Shown one piece after another: positions 8,635-16,868 of a DNA stretch of 36,603 bases (position 1 is the stretch's first letter; every line of letters begins with the position of its first letter). This DNA comes from an uncultured Dehalococcoidaceae bacterium (GTDB lineage: Bacteria > Chloroflexota > Dehalococcoidia > Dehalococcoidales > RBG-16-60-22). The notes below the pieces were generated by a model. The model saw nothing but the letters and a program-made list of their open reading frames with translations. It ran no database searches and was not told the DNA's origin. The stretch spans positions 1 to 36,603 of the forward strand of contig CAYNDI010000001.1 of NCBI GenBank assembly GCA_964395955.1, read 5' to 3'. The translations under genes and the position numbers were made by a program.

Positions 8635-9682
8635 ACTTAAAGTTGGTATTGTCGGCTGCGGCGGTGTCGTTCATCAGGAGCATATACCGAGTTTTTCGAG
8701 GCTGCAGAACGTCGTTATTCAGGCGGTATGTGACCAGAACCGGGAACTGGCCCGGCAGACTGCCGCCAAATATAGCATCCCCGGTGTCTACGCCGGGATA
8801 ACGGATATGCTCGCAAAAGAAAGGCTGGACATCGTCGATATCTGTGTGCCTCCCCAGATACACGCCCCCCTGGCTTTAGAGGCTTTGCAGGCGGGTTGCC
8901 ACGTGCTGATGGAGAAACCGATGGCCCTCAAGGTCTCCGATTGCGACGCCATGCTGGAGGCTGCTAAAGCGAAAAACAGGCAAATCTGTGTCATTCACAA
9001 CCAGCTTTTTAATCCCCCCTTCCCCCGGGCCCGGCAGCTGGTGGCTGAGGGTGCTATCGGGGAGCTGACCGGACTGAGAATACTGCTTTCCGACCACCGC
9101 GACGAGATGATAATGAAGAAGGACTACTGGATACACAAGCTTCCCGGCGGCGTTATCGGGGAGTCAGGCCCACATATCGTCTATCTCACCCTGGCCTTTC
9201 TCAACAGCGTGAAAAACGTGGATGTCAGCGCCATGAGCTTTCTGGAACACCCCTGGGCGCCCTTCGATGAGTTTCGGCTGGGACTGGAAGGCGAAAAAGC
9301 CATGAGCTCGGTGGTCATGTCATATTCCAGCACCCGCCACGACCTTCTCGTCGATATCATGGGTACCGAAGGGTACATCCACGTCGACCTTACCGCCAAG
9401 TACCTGGTCCGCTACGGCGATAAGGCGTCGATAAAGCCGTCGCGTTTCGCCCGCTATTTCCTGAGCACACGCATGCAGGAGGCGGGGGGTATCGCCGGCA
9501 ACGCGCTGGGCTACCTTACGGGCAGGCTGAAGTTCGGCCATGAGCTGCTCATTAAAAGCTTCGTCGATAGTATCCTGAACGGCGGCCGGCCCCCGGTAAC
9601 CGGCGAAGAAGGCCGGGAGGTGGTGAAGGTCATGGAAATGATTGTGGCCAGGCTGAACGAGAAGTACGGGGGCAGCCGGTGA
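8624..9682 (+). CDS. Gfo/Idh/MocA-family NAD(P)-dependent oxidoreductase
   Basis: The N-terminal Rossmann motif is KVGIVGCGGV and the EKP motif is VLMEKPMA. It has a GTG start with an AGGAGG RBS ~9 nt upstream and overlaps the previous gene by 11 nt. Confidence 0.8.
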   Translation: MPDKLKVGIVGCGGVVHQEHIPSFSRLQNVVIQAVCDQNRELARQTAAKYSIPGVYAGITDMLAKERLDIVDICVPPQIHAPLALEALQAGCHVLMEKPMALKVSDCDAMLEAAKAKNRQICVIHNQLFNPPFPRARQLVAEGAIGELTGLRILLSDHRDEMIMKKDYWIHKLPGGVIGESGPHIVYLTLAFLNSVKNVDVSAMSFLEHPWAPFDEFRLGLEGEKAMSSVVMSYSSTRHDLLVDIMGTEGYIHVDLTAKYLVRYGDKASIKPSRFARYFLSTRMQEAGGIAGNALGYLTGRLKFGHELLIKSFVDSILNGGRPPVTGEEGREVVKVMEMIVARLNEKYGGSR

Positions 9683-9697
9683 AAACAGAAAGGTATC

Positions 9698-10438
9698 GTG
9701 CCGATGCAGGAAATTAAGAAGGCCGTTGTCCTCGCCGCCGGACTCGGCAGCCGGTTGAAACCGCTGACCGATACCGCCCCCAAGTGTCTCACCGAGGTCA
9801 ACGGAAAGGTATTGCTGGAGCATACTCTCGGCATACTCGAAAACAACGGCATCGATGAGGCGGTAATCGTCGTCGGCTACCTGGGGGACATCATCGTCGA
9901 TAAAATCGGGCCTGGATTCGGTAAAATGAAAGTCGCCTATCTCTGGAATAAAATCTACGAAAAAACGAACTCCATGTACTCCGCCTGGCTGGCCAGGGAG
10001 TACCTTGAGCAGGGGGCTATGCTCATCGAGGGAGACACCATCTTCGAGGAGTCCCTTCTACGGGGCGTACTCGGTGAGTACCCGGGCCGGGCCTGCTGGG
10101 TCGGCGACAGGTTCACGCCGGTGCATGACGGCTCAATGTCCACGACAGATAGCGAGAATAGAATCGTCGAATTGAGAATCGTCAGGGAGAAGCTCAGGGA
10201 GTACCGGAGCAATTACTTTAAATCTACCGGTGTGCTTAAAATCACGTCGGAATACGGTCGGGCGCTATCACGGTGGCTCGATGAAGACGTCCGCCGGGGC
10301 AATGTCAGGATATATTTTGATATTGTCATCGCCGGGCACCTGGCGGATGCCCCGATATTTATTCACGATTTCACCGGGGGGAAATGGATCGAGATTGACG
10401 ATATCGGAGACCTGAGGAGGGCGGAGCAGCTGTTTTAA
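9698..10438 (+). CDS. LicC-like nucleotidyltransferase (phospho-alcohol or sugar-1-phosphate cytidylyl/nucleotidyl-transferase)
   Basis: AVVLAAGLGSRLKPLTDTAPKCLTEVNGKVLLEHTL resembles the LicC / 2-aminoethylphosphonate cytidylyltransferase / NTP_transf_3 N-terminus. Length is ~245 aa. An alternative ATG start lies at 9704. Confidence 0.65.
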   Translation: MPMQEIKKAVVLAAGLGSRLKPLTDTAPKCLTEVNGKVLLEHTLGILENNGIDEAVIVVGYLGDIIVDKIGPGFGKMKVAYLWNKIYEKTNSMYSAWLAREYLEQGAMLIEGDTIFEESLLRGVLGEYPGRACWVGDRFTPVHDGSMSTTDSENRIVELRIVREKLREYRSNYFKSTGVLKITSEYGRALSRWLDEDVRRGNVRIYFDIVIAGHLADAPIFIHDFTGGKWIEIDDIGDLRRAEQLF

Positions 10439-10457
10439 CGAAATCTGAAAGACGGTT

Positions 10458-11174
10458 ATGGGTCTATTAAAATACTACTGGAAAGCGGTTCACTGCCTGG
10501 GCTATTTCGACCGGCATAATAAAGGCGCCTGGCGGCCTGATACCGAGCACAAGGTGAAAATCGATTACAAAACGGTAGTCAGTGAGTCCGACAGAAAACA
10601 GTGTCTCCACTTTGGTCCCGAAGACGCCGCTAAAGAAGAAGCCGCTTTATCGCCGTATATCGATATCAACCCGCAGTCAAGGGTGCTCGACCTCGGCTGC
10701 GGGGACGGCCGGTGGGGGAAGATACTGGCCCCCCGCTGCAGGGAATATGTGGGCGTGGACTTCTCTAAAAAGCTGCTGGAAAAAGCCCGCCGTAACGTCC
10801 CTGATGCCAATGCCGGGTTTATCTGTCATCCGGCCCAGGAGTATTATGCTGACGAACACTTTGATTTAATTCTCATCATCGGCCTGCTGACCTACCTCAA
10901 CGACGAGGATATTATTAAACTGGCCGGTAACTGCCGCAAGATGCTCGCCGGAGGCGGCCGGCTTATCGTCAGGAACGTCTCGCTGGGGGACAACTCCTGC
11001 CGCCGGCAGGTGTACGATTACCGGCCGGGCGCCTGGCTGGGGTGGCTGGGAGACCCCGGTTATCAGGTGATAAGACGCAACCGGGAGGAGGAGCTGTCTT
11101 TCTTTAAGGACTTCCGCCTCGTTAACGACCAGTCGATAGCCGGCACCGCCTACAGATTTTATATCTTCGAGTGA
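10458..11174 (+). CDS. Class I SAM-dependent methyltransferase
   Basis: Motif I is RVLDLGCGDGRWG and the acidic post-I residue is in YVGVDFS. Length is 238 aa. Confidence 0.75.
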   Translation: MGLLKYYWKAVHCLGYFDRHNKGAWRPDTEHKVKIDYKTVVSESDRKQCLHFGPEDAAKEEAALSPYIDINPQSRVLDLGCGDGRWGKILAPRCREYVGVDFSKKLLEKARRNVPDANAGFICHPAQEYYADEHFDLILIIGLLTYLNDEDIIKLAGNCRKMLAGGGRLIVRNVSLGDNSCRRQVYDYRPGAWLGWLGDPGYQVIRRNREEELSFFKDFRLVNDQSIAGTAYRFYIFE

Positions 11175-11180
11175 GGTATT

Positions 11181-11873
11181 GTGAGTAAAGAGAAAGTCGT
11201 CGGTATCCTTGGAGGTATGGGTCCCCTGGCCACGGTGGAGTTTTTCCGTCAGGTGGTTTCATCTACTGCGGCCAGGAAAGACTGGGAGCATTTGAGGATT
11301 ATTATTGATAATAATACCAAAATTCCGAGTCGGACCCGGGCTGTCCTGTACCGGGAAGACAGCCCGGTGCCGATGATGATAGCCAGTATTAATATGCTGG
11401 CCGATGCCGGGGCGGACTTTGTGGTTGTGCCCTGCAATTCCGCCCACTATTTCTTTGATGATGTGACCCCGCATATCCGGATTCCCTGGTTGAATATGAT
11501 TGATATCACTTCTCGTACATTTTCAAGTAAGTTGCAGCGGCCGCTTGTCCTGGGGGGTTATATCACTGTCGAAAAAAGGCTTTACAGTCGGAATCTGCCC
11601 GGGGCGGTATATCCCGCCGGGCCCTGGAACACTTTCGTGACCGAGGTTATTGAAGAGATTAAACTTACGGCCAGGTTGCGTCCGCAGATGAAAAACATGT
11701 TTATGGAAATGATCGAACATTATCGTCATGAGATAGATTCGGTATTACTGGCCTGCACCGAGCTTCCCCTGGTATACAGGAGTAAAAGCCTGCACGGTAT
11801 TCCGGTCGTTGATTCCGGTCTGGAATACGCCCGTGAAGCCGTCAGGTACGCCCGTGGCAGCGCCAGTCATTAA
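11181..11873 (+). CDS. Asp/Glu/hydantoin-racemase-family protein (aspartate-racemase-like)
   Basis: The sequence contains GILGGMGPLAT and two catalytic-Cys motifs, VVPCNSAHYF and LLACTELPL. It has a GTG start and is 230 aa. Confidence 0.75.
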   Translation: MSKEKVVGILGGMGPLATVEFFRQVVSSTAARKDWEHLRIIIDNNTKIPSRTRAVLYREDSPVPMMIASINMLADAGADFVVVPCNSAHYFFDDVTPHIRIPWLNMIDITSRTFSSKLQRPLVLGGYITVEKRLYSRNLPGAVYPAGPWNTFVTEVIEEIKLTARLRPQMKNMFMEMIEHYRHEIDSVLLACTELPLVYRSKSLHGIPVVDSGLEYAREAVRYARGSASH

Positions 11874-11885
11874 GGGATTTATGCT

Positions 11886-12869
11886 ATGCCGTTCAAACAG
11901 ATAGCCAGCCCCGCCCCAGAATATCTGGCGGCCACGGATATCTTTATCGGCGATATGTCGGATACCAATTACGAGTTCCTGCTCTTCGACCGTCCGGTTA
12001 TCCTGCTGGCCAACCGATGGCTGCGGGAAAATTTCCCCGATATCGGCATTAAAACGGATTTAGCCGGCCTGGAATCGTCCATCGGGAGAAGCATCGAAAA
12101 TCCCGCCGAGTTTCACGAGTCACGGGTGCTGTGGCTCAACAAGACGATTTATCAGCCGGATGGCCGGAGTTCCGGGCGGTGCCTCGATATCATGATGGAG
12201 AGGGTAAAAATCGACAATCCTAGATTTGTCTTCATCCACGGCGGCGATGCCGTCAGGAAGACCAACCTGGCACCCATATATACGGAGGCCCGCCGGAGGG
12301 GGCTGGATGCCAGTTTTGTGGTATCGCAGCGGAAGTCGAGAGGGCGGAACGATACCATTTATGTAGCAGCCCATGTCGCCGACCTTAATATCGACGGAGG
12401 GTACAAGGTACACTTCGACCACGGCCTGAAAGGCCAGGGCACGGCTAACGTGGCCACGGCTATCGAGTATTACCGGGAGAACGATTATTTTCCTCTGAAT
12501 GACCTGCATATCACCGCCGGGGAGGTCGGCCAGGCGAGGACCGAGATGCTGCTGGGTCCCCGGCGTGATAGAGCCGTCATCGGCGGCTACCCCAAGGCTG
12601 ATGACCTGCTCCGGCTCAATACTGAGGAGAATAAGAAGAGTGTTTTTAGAGAACTGGGCTTTGAGACAGGCAGACCGATGCTGACCTACGCTTCCGCCGG
12701 CTCGCAGAGCCAAGACAAGCCCGGCGGCTCGCTGAGTGACGAGGTTATCGAGTTATTGAAAGATATCGCGTCCCGCCGGGGCTATAATATCCTTATCAAG
12801 CTGAAGTACCCGAAAGGTATTATCGTCCTCCAGGCGTTGAATAAACTCCGCAGGATGCTGGCGATATAG
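11886..12869 (+). CDS. TagB/TagF-like (Glyphos_transf-like) phosphotransferase with motif order suggesting circular permutation
   Basis: The family's normally C-terminal motifs (ATDIFIGDMSDTNYEFLLFDRPVILLA ... PDGRSSGRCLD) occupy residues ~15-100. The normally N-terminal and middle motifs follow: HFDHGLKGQG (WHG-like), GGYPKADDL, MLTYASAG (YAPTWR-like) and ILIKLKYP (K.HP-like). Confidence 0.5.
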   Translation: MPFKQIASPAPEYLAATDIFIGDMSDTNYEFLLFDRPVILLANRWLRENFPDIGIKTDLAGLESSIGRSIENPAEFHESRVLWLNKTIYQPDGRSSGRCLDIMMERVKIDNPRFVFIHGGDAVRKTNLAPIYTEARRRGLDASFVVSQRKSRGRNDTIYVAAHVADLNIDGGYKVHFDHGLKGQGTANVATAIEYYRENDYFPLNDLHITAGEVGQARTEMLLGPRRDRAVIGGYPKADDLLRLNTEENKKSVFRELGFETGRPMLTYASAGSQSQDKPGGSLSDEVIELLKDIASRRGYNILIKLKYPKGIIVLQALNKLRRMLAI

Positions 12870-12881
12870 CCGGTAAAGCGT

Positions 12882-13970
12882 ATGAGTAAAAAACCGGATG
12901 AAATAAAAGTCGCTCTGGTAGGCATTTATCCGCCGCCCTACGGCGGCGTCTCCATCCATGTGCACCGGTTGCATGCCCTCTGCATGGATAACAATATCCG
13001 GTGTACGGTCTGGGATATCAGCCGCCACGTCAAGAAAATCCAGAATATCGTCAATATGAGCCGACCCTGGAACTGGCCGCGCGTCCTCGCTTCCCGGCAG
13101 GACATTATTCACGTCCATACCACGGGTATGCACTGGATTATTCCGGCGCTATTCTATTATCTGGCCAGAATTACGGGTGCTGAATACGTGGTTTCTTACC
13201 ATAGCCTCAGGTTCGGTCCGCGGGATTTTAATCCACTAGGACGCAGGGTACTGAAGACCATCCTGTCGTCGGCGGCGTGCTGCATCGCTACGAACACAGA
13301 AATAATGGAGAAGCTCATTACTCTCGGCGCGGTAGCGGAAAGAGTCAACGTGGTACCGTCTTTCCTGCCGCCGGTAAAAAAAGAATCGGAGATTGCGGCA
13401 ATACCCCGGGAAGTCAGTGACTTCATGGACGGACATAAGCCGGTAATATCGGCGAGTGCCTTCAGAGTCATCATTTATGAGGGTATTGACCGCTATGGTA
13501 TTGACATGTGCCTGGAGGTGTGCGCTGAACTGCAGAAGTTATATCCTCGTATCGGCCTGGTATTTTGCCTGCCGGACACAGGCGATGGTAGGTATTTCCG
13601 GGAGATGAAACGCCGGATTGCCGAAAAAGGAATAGCGGATAGCTTTTTATTTCATACCGCGCCCGGGCAGTTCTATCCCTTGCTCATGAAAAGCGATATC
13701 CTGGTGAGACCCACCAACACGGACAGCTACGGAATATCGGTGGCCGAAGCCCTGTATTTCGGGGTGCCGGCCATTGCCAGCGATGTCTGTCCGAGACCCA
13801 CCGGCACGGTGCTATTTAAGAACCGTGATGTTAAGGACTTTATCGACCGTGTTAAAATGGTCTGGGATAATTATGGTCATTATAAGTCGGAACTGGAGTC
13901 TCTGGAAGTGACCAGCGGACTGGACGGGATACTGGAAATATACCGTAGTATTACCGGGGAAGGAAGATGA
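12882..13970 (+). CDS. GT-B glycosyltransferase, family GT4-like
   Basis: The N-terminus is [19 protein letters not shown] and the C-terminal E-x7-E-like region is [27 protein letters not shown]. Length is 362 aa. Confidence 0.75.
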   Translation: MSKKPDEIKVALVGIYPPPYGGVSIHVHRLHALCMDNNIRCTVWDISRHVKKIQNIVNMSRPWNWPRVLASRQDIIHVHTTGMHWIIPALFYYLARITGAEYVVSYHSLRFGPRDFNPLGRRVLKTILSSAACCIATNTEIMEKLITLGAVAERVNVVPSFLPPVKKESEIAAIPREVSDFMDGHKPVISASAFRVIIYEGIDRYGIDMCLEVCAELQKLYPRIGLVFCLPDTGDGRYFREMKRRIAEKGIADSFLFHTAPGQFYPLLMKSDILVRPTNTDSYGISVAEALYFGVPAIASDVCPRPTGTVLFKNRDVKDFIDRVKMVWDNYGHYKSELESLEVTSGLDGILEIYRSITGEGR

Positions 13971-14563
13971 AACGCAAATTTGACGGTGTTTATTTCGGAT
14001 TCAGGTCTCTTTTTGAGGAGTGTTTGAGAGCTTTTCCCACATATCTGGGCATTATACTTCGTAGTTGGTACTGGAAAGGTAGGTTCCATAAATGTGGCAC
14101 GCCAGTGTCTCTGAGCAAGGGGATTGTTATCACCGGAAGTGAGAATATAGAACTGGGTAGCCATATAGGTATTATGATGAGAAGTTATATATACGCCCAT
14201 AATAACGGTCACGTGAAAATGGGTAACTTGGTTAATATCAATACTAATGTGCAAATAGGTGCCGCTGATGGGGGCGATATTTCTGTCGGGGATAATGTTA
14301 TCATAGGTCCTAATGTGGTTATCAGAGCCAGTAATCACGTGTATACACGTACGGATATTCCCATTCGTGAGCAGGGGCATACCGGCGGTAAAATTATTAT
14401 TGAAGACGATGTCTGGATTGCTGCTAATGCCGTTGTATTGCCGGATGTAACAATCGGTCGGGGGGCTATCGTAGCTGCCGGTGCTGTAGTAACTGGTGAT
14501 GTACCTCCGTACCAGATTGTGGGAGGTGTTCCGGCGAAGATTATTGGTAGTAGAAAGGCATAA
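13967..14563 (+). CDS. Left-handed beta-helix (hexapeptide-repeat) acyl/acetyltransferase
   Basis: Hexapeptide repeats are clear: [23 protein letters not shown] ... [50 protein letters not shown]. An ATGA overlap links it to the upstream glycosyltransferase. The gene is visibly AT-richer than its neighbours. Confidence 0.85.
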   Translation: MKRKFDGVYFGFRSLFEECLRAFPTYLGIILRSWYWKGRFHKCGTPVSLSKGIVITGSENIELGSHIGIMMRSYIYAHNNGHVKMGNLVNINTNVQIGAADGGDISVGDNVIIGPNVVIRASNHVYTRTDIPIREQGHTGGKIIIEDDVWIAANAVVLPDVTIGRGAIVAAGAVVTGDVPPYQIVGGVPAKIIGSRKA

Positions 14564-14579
14564 ATTTCGATAAAAAGTA

Positions 14580-15407
14580 ATGATCAGCATCATCGTTCCA
14601 ACTTATAACCGGGCCCGCCTGGTCGCGGAGACAATCGACTCGATACTGAAACAATCTTTCCGGGACTTCGAGTTGATTATTGTGGATAACTGTTCTACTG
14701 ACGATACTGAAAAAGTCATTAAAGGATACTCCGACGGGCGTATCCGGTATTTTAAAAATGACAACGCGGGTGTTATCGCGGTCAACCGGAATTACGGCAT
14801 AAGCCAGGCTCGCGGCGAGTATATAGCCTTCTGTGACGATGATGACCTCTGGCTGCCGGACAAGCTGGAAAAACAGTTGCCGGAGTTCGAGAGGGACAGC
14901 CGGCTGGGCCTGGTCTGTGCCAATGCCCTTCTTTTCAATGAAACGGGCGACCTCGGACACTTCCATAAGACCAGTCTTACCGGTGCCGATTTTACGTTGA
15001 AGTCGCTTGTCTTTGGCAACCTGGTAATCTGTTCCTCGGTGCTGATAAAGAAGGACGTTTTCGATGACGTCGGGATTTTTGATACCAACCCGGCCATCTT
15101 TACCGCCGAGGACGGCGAACTCTGGATGAGGATAGCCTATAAATATCGAATAAAATATGTAGATTTACCTCTCGTTAAATACAGGGTACACGCCAGTAAT
15201 ATCAAGAAAACGGCTGCCGCCGCCATGAAACGAAACCGGGCCTTGTACCGCAGCTTGTTGAACAAAGGGGTAATCGGGCGCGGGTTTTACAGCCGGCTCT
15301 ACCTGCGGGCGCTGGTGATTGAGTTGCTCTGGCGTACGCATACCATTAAGTTAGCATCCTGGTTGAAGTGGTTGGTACGCAGGAATACCGGTGCCCGGGT
15401 GATTTAG
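14580..15407 (+). CDS. GT-A glycosyltransferase, family GT2
   Basis: The sequence contains ISIIVPTYNRARLV, IIVDNCSTDDT and the DxD region AFCDDDDLW. Length is 275 aa. Confidence 0.85.
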   Translation: MISIIVPTYNRARLVAETIDSILKQSFRDFELIIVDNCSTDDTEKVIKGYSDGRIRYFKNDNAGVIAVNRNYGISQARGEYIAFCDDDDLWLPDKLEKQLPEFERDSRLGLVCANALLFNETGDLGHFHKTSLTGADFTLKSLVFGNLVICSSVLIKKDVFDDVGIFDTNPAIFTAEDGELWMRIAYKYRIKYVDLPLVKYRVHASNIKKTAAAAMKRNRALYRSLLNKGVIGRGFYSRLYLRALVIELLWRTHTIKLASWLKWLVRRNTGARVI

Positions 15408-15433
15408 AGTAATCCTCTAACTCACCTGAAGGC

Positions 15434-16402
15434 TTAACCGGCTTTTCCCAGGTAGTCCAAAAGTTCTACAATACCAGGTCGGAAACTTTCGGATACGGTA
15501 AATCCCAGGCCCTTTATCCGGGTGATATCATACTTGAATCTGGGGATATTGCTGTGCTGCCGAGCATCGGATGATATATCTCCGCCCGGTAATATCACCG
15601 GAACCTTTTTACCGTATTTACTATCGTAAATACCGGCTATCTCATGGGCTGCTTCGAGTATGGTATACGTCTGCCCGCTGCCGAGGTTGTAACTGGGGTA
15701 TTGGAGGGTTGATTCCGGCAATGTAGCTATCATCTCAATTGCCCGGCATACATCAGCGACGGGTATAAAATCACGCTGTGGGGTACCGTCGGAAAGGAGC
15801 TTTATTACGCCTTTCTCTGTGGCTGTTTTGCACAGCTCGTTAATGACCAGCCACCAGCAGTTGCAGTCGGCGAACACCGGCGCCCCATAGCCGTTGGAAA
15901 CCCGTATGCTGATGCATTTTAGCCCCTTTTCCCGGGCATAAAGCGAACCAAGCTCCTCGCAGTAGTGATGGGTCAGGCCGTAGGCGTTTACTGGCTCGAG
16001 CGGAGTTTCTTCGCTGATAACCGTGCCGTTTTCGTATCGACCGTACACCTGCTGTGTGGACAGGTAAATAATCCTGCCGCCGGCTTTTTTAGAATATAAC
16101 TCCAACAGCTCCCAGAAAATGCCGATGTTTACGTTCAGAGCCTTGAGAATATCCTGTTCGCTTGCCCGATGGTCCAGCGATATGGTGAAAACAATACTAT
16201 CGATATCTTCTTGTAGCGCTGAAGCAAGTACCTCCTGAGTGGCGGCATCACCCTCGATGACCCTCGTCATCATTTTCTGCCATTTACCGGAGTCTTTGGG
16301 CAGGTGATGTACCAGGGCGGTAACGCTATGTCCCCGACCGGCCAGGTATTCCGAGATTCTCCCCCCGAGGTACCCATTGGCGCCCGCTAACAGGATTTTC
16401 AT
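15434..16402 (-). CDS. Extended-SDR sugar-nucleotide reductase/epimerase; predicted last enzyme of the CDP-6-deoxyhexose pathway, with an atypical active site
   Basis: The NAD motif is ILLAGANGYLGGRI and the serine region is YLSTQQVYG. The expected YxxxK reads YGLTH (Y141, H145; codons checked on the DNA at 15968-15982). Confidence 0.7.
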   Translation of the reverse strand: MKILLAGANGYLGGRISEYLAGRGHSVTALVHHLPKDSGKWQKMMTRVIEGDAATQEVLASALQEDIDSIVFTISLDHRASEQDILKALNVNIGIFWELLELYSKKAGGRIIYLSTQQVYGRYENGTVISEETPLEPVNAYGLTHHYCEELGSLYAREKGLKCISIRVSNGYGAPVFADCNCWWLVINELCKTATEKGVIKLLSDGTPQRDFIPVADVCRAIEMIATLPESTLQYPSYNLGSGQTYTILEAAHEIAGIYDSKYGKKVPVILPGGDISSDARQHSNIPRFKYDITRIKGLGFTVSESFRPGIVELLDYLGKAG

Positions 16403-16416
16403 ATTATTTTCTATCC

Positions 16417-16866
16417 TTAGCGTGGTACGTTTTTCCAGTCATATGGCACTTTATCTCCGGTGGGGTCGTAGCGGATGATTTCATCCGGCTCGTGGGGAAC
16501 CGTGGCGCAGTTGGCGACGATGGCTGTCTCGGTGCCGGTGCCTTTAAAGCCGTTGATTACCCCCGTCGGTATGCGGATGAGCTGGTAGTTGTCTTCCCCC
16601 GTGAAAATCTCCATCAGTTCCTTGAATGTTGAAGACTCCGGCCGGGCGTCGTACAGGACAAGCTTTATCATGCCCTTTATTACCGCGTAGTTCTGTACCT
16701 GGCGGGTATGTTCGTGCCAGCCCTTGACCACTTCCGGATAGACCGTGGAGAAATAGATTTCGCCGAACCTTTCGAAATCGGGGTCGTCGCAACGCAACAT
16801 GTGCATTATCATGCCGCGTTCGTCGCTGATTTTACTCAGCGGTTTTATCTTTACCCCGTCAATCAT
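16417..16866 (-). CDS. Cupin-fold sugar-nucleotide 3,5- (or 3-/5-) epimerase, short RfbC-like
   Basis: The 149-aa sequence DERGMIMHMLR...FGEIYFSTVYPEVVKGWHEHTRQVQNYAVIKGMIKLVLYD resembles the RmlC-related short epimerases found in CDP/dTDP-sugar clusters. Confidence 0.65.
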   Translation of the reverse strand: MIDGVKIKPLSKISDERGMIMHMLRCDDPDFERFGEIYFSTVYPEVVKGWHEHTRQVQNYAVIKGMIKLVLYDARPESSTFKELMEIFTGEDNYQLIRIPTGVINGFKGTGTETAIVANCATVPHEPDEIIRYDPTGDKVPYDWKNVPR

Positions 16867-16868
16867 TG

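Noticed and set aside
13880-14593. A 237-aa minus-strand ORF covering the whole acetyltransferase gene. It is surprising because the region is AT-rich.
   Set aside because: The + strand product has unmistakable hexapeptide repeats and is translationally coupled to its neighbours. The antisense product (rich in Ile, Thr, Asn and Ser) has no motif. The periodic codon pattern of beta-helix repeats tends to keep the antisense frame open.
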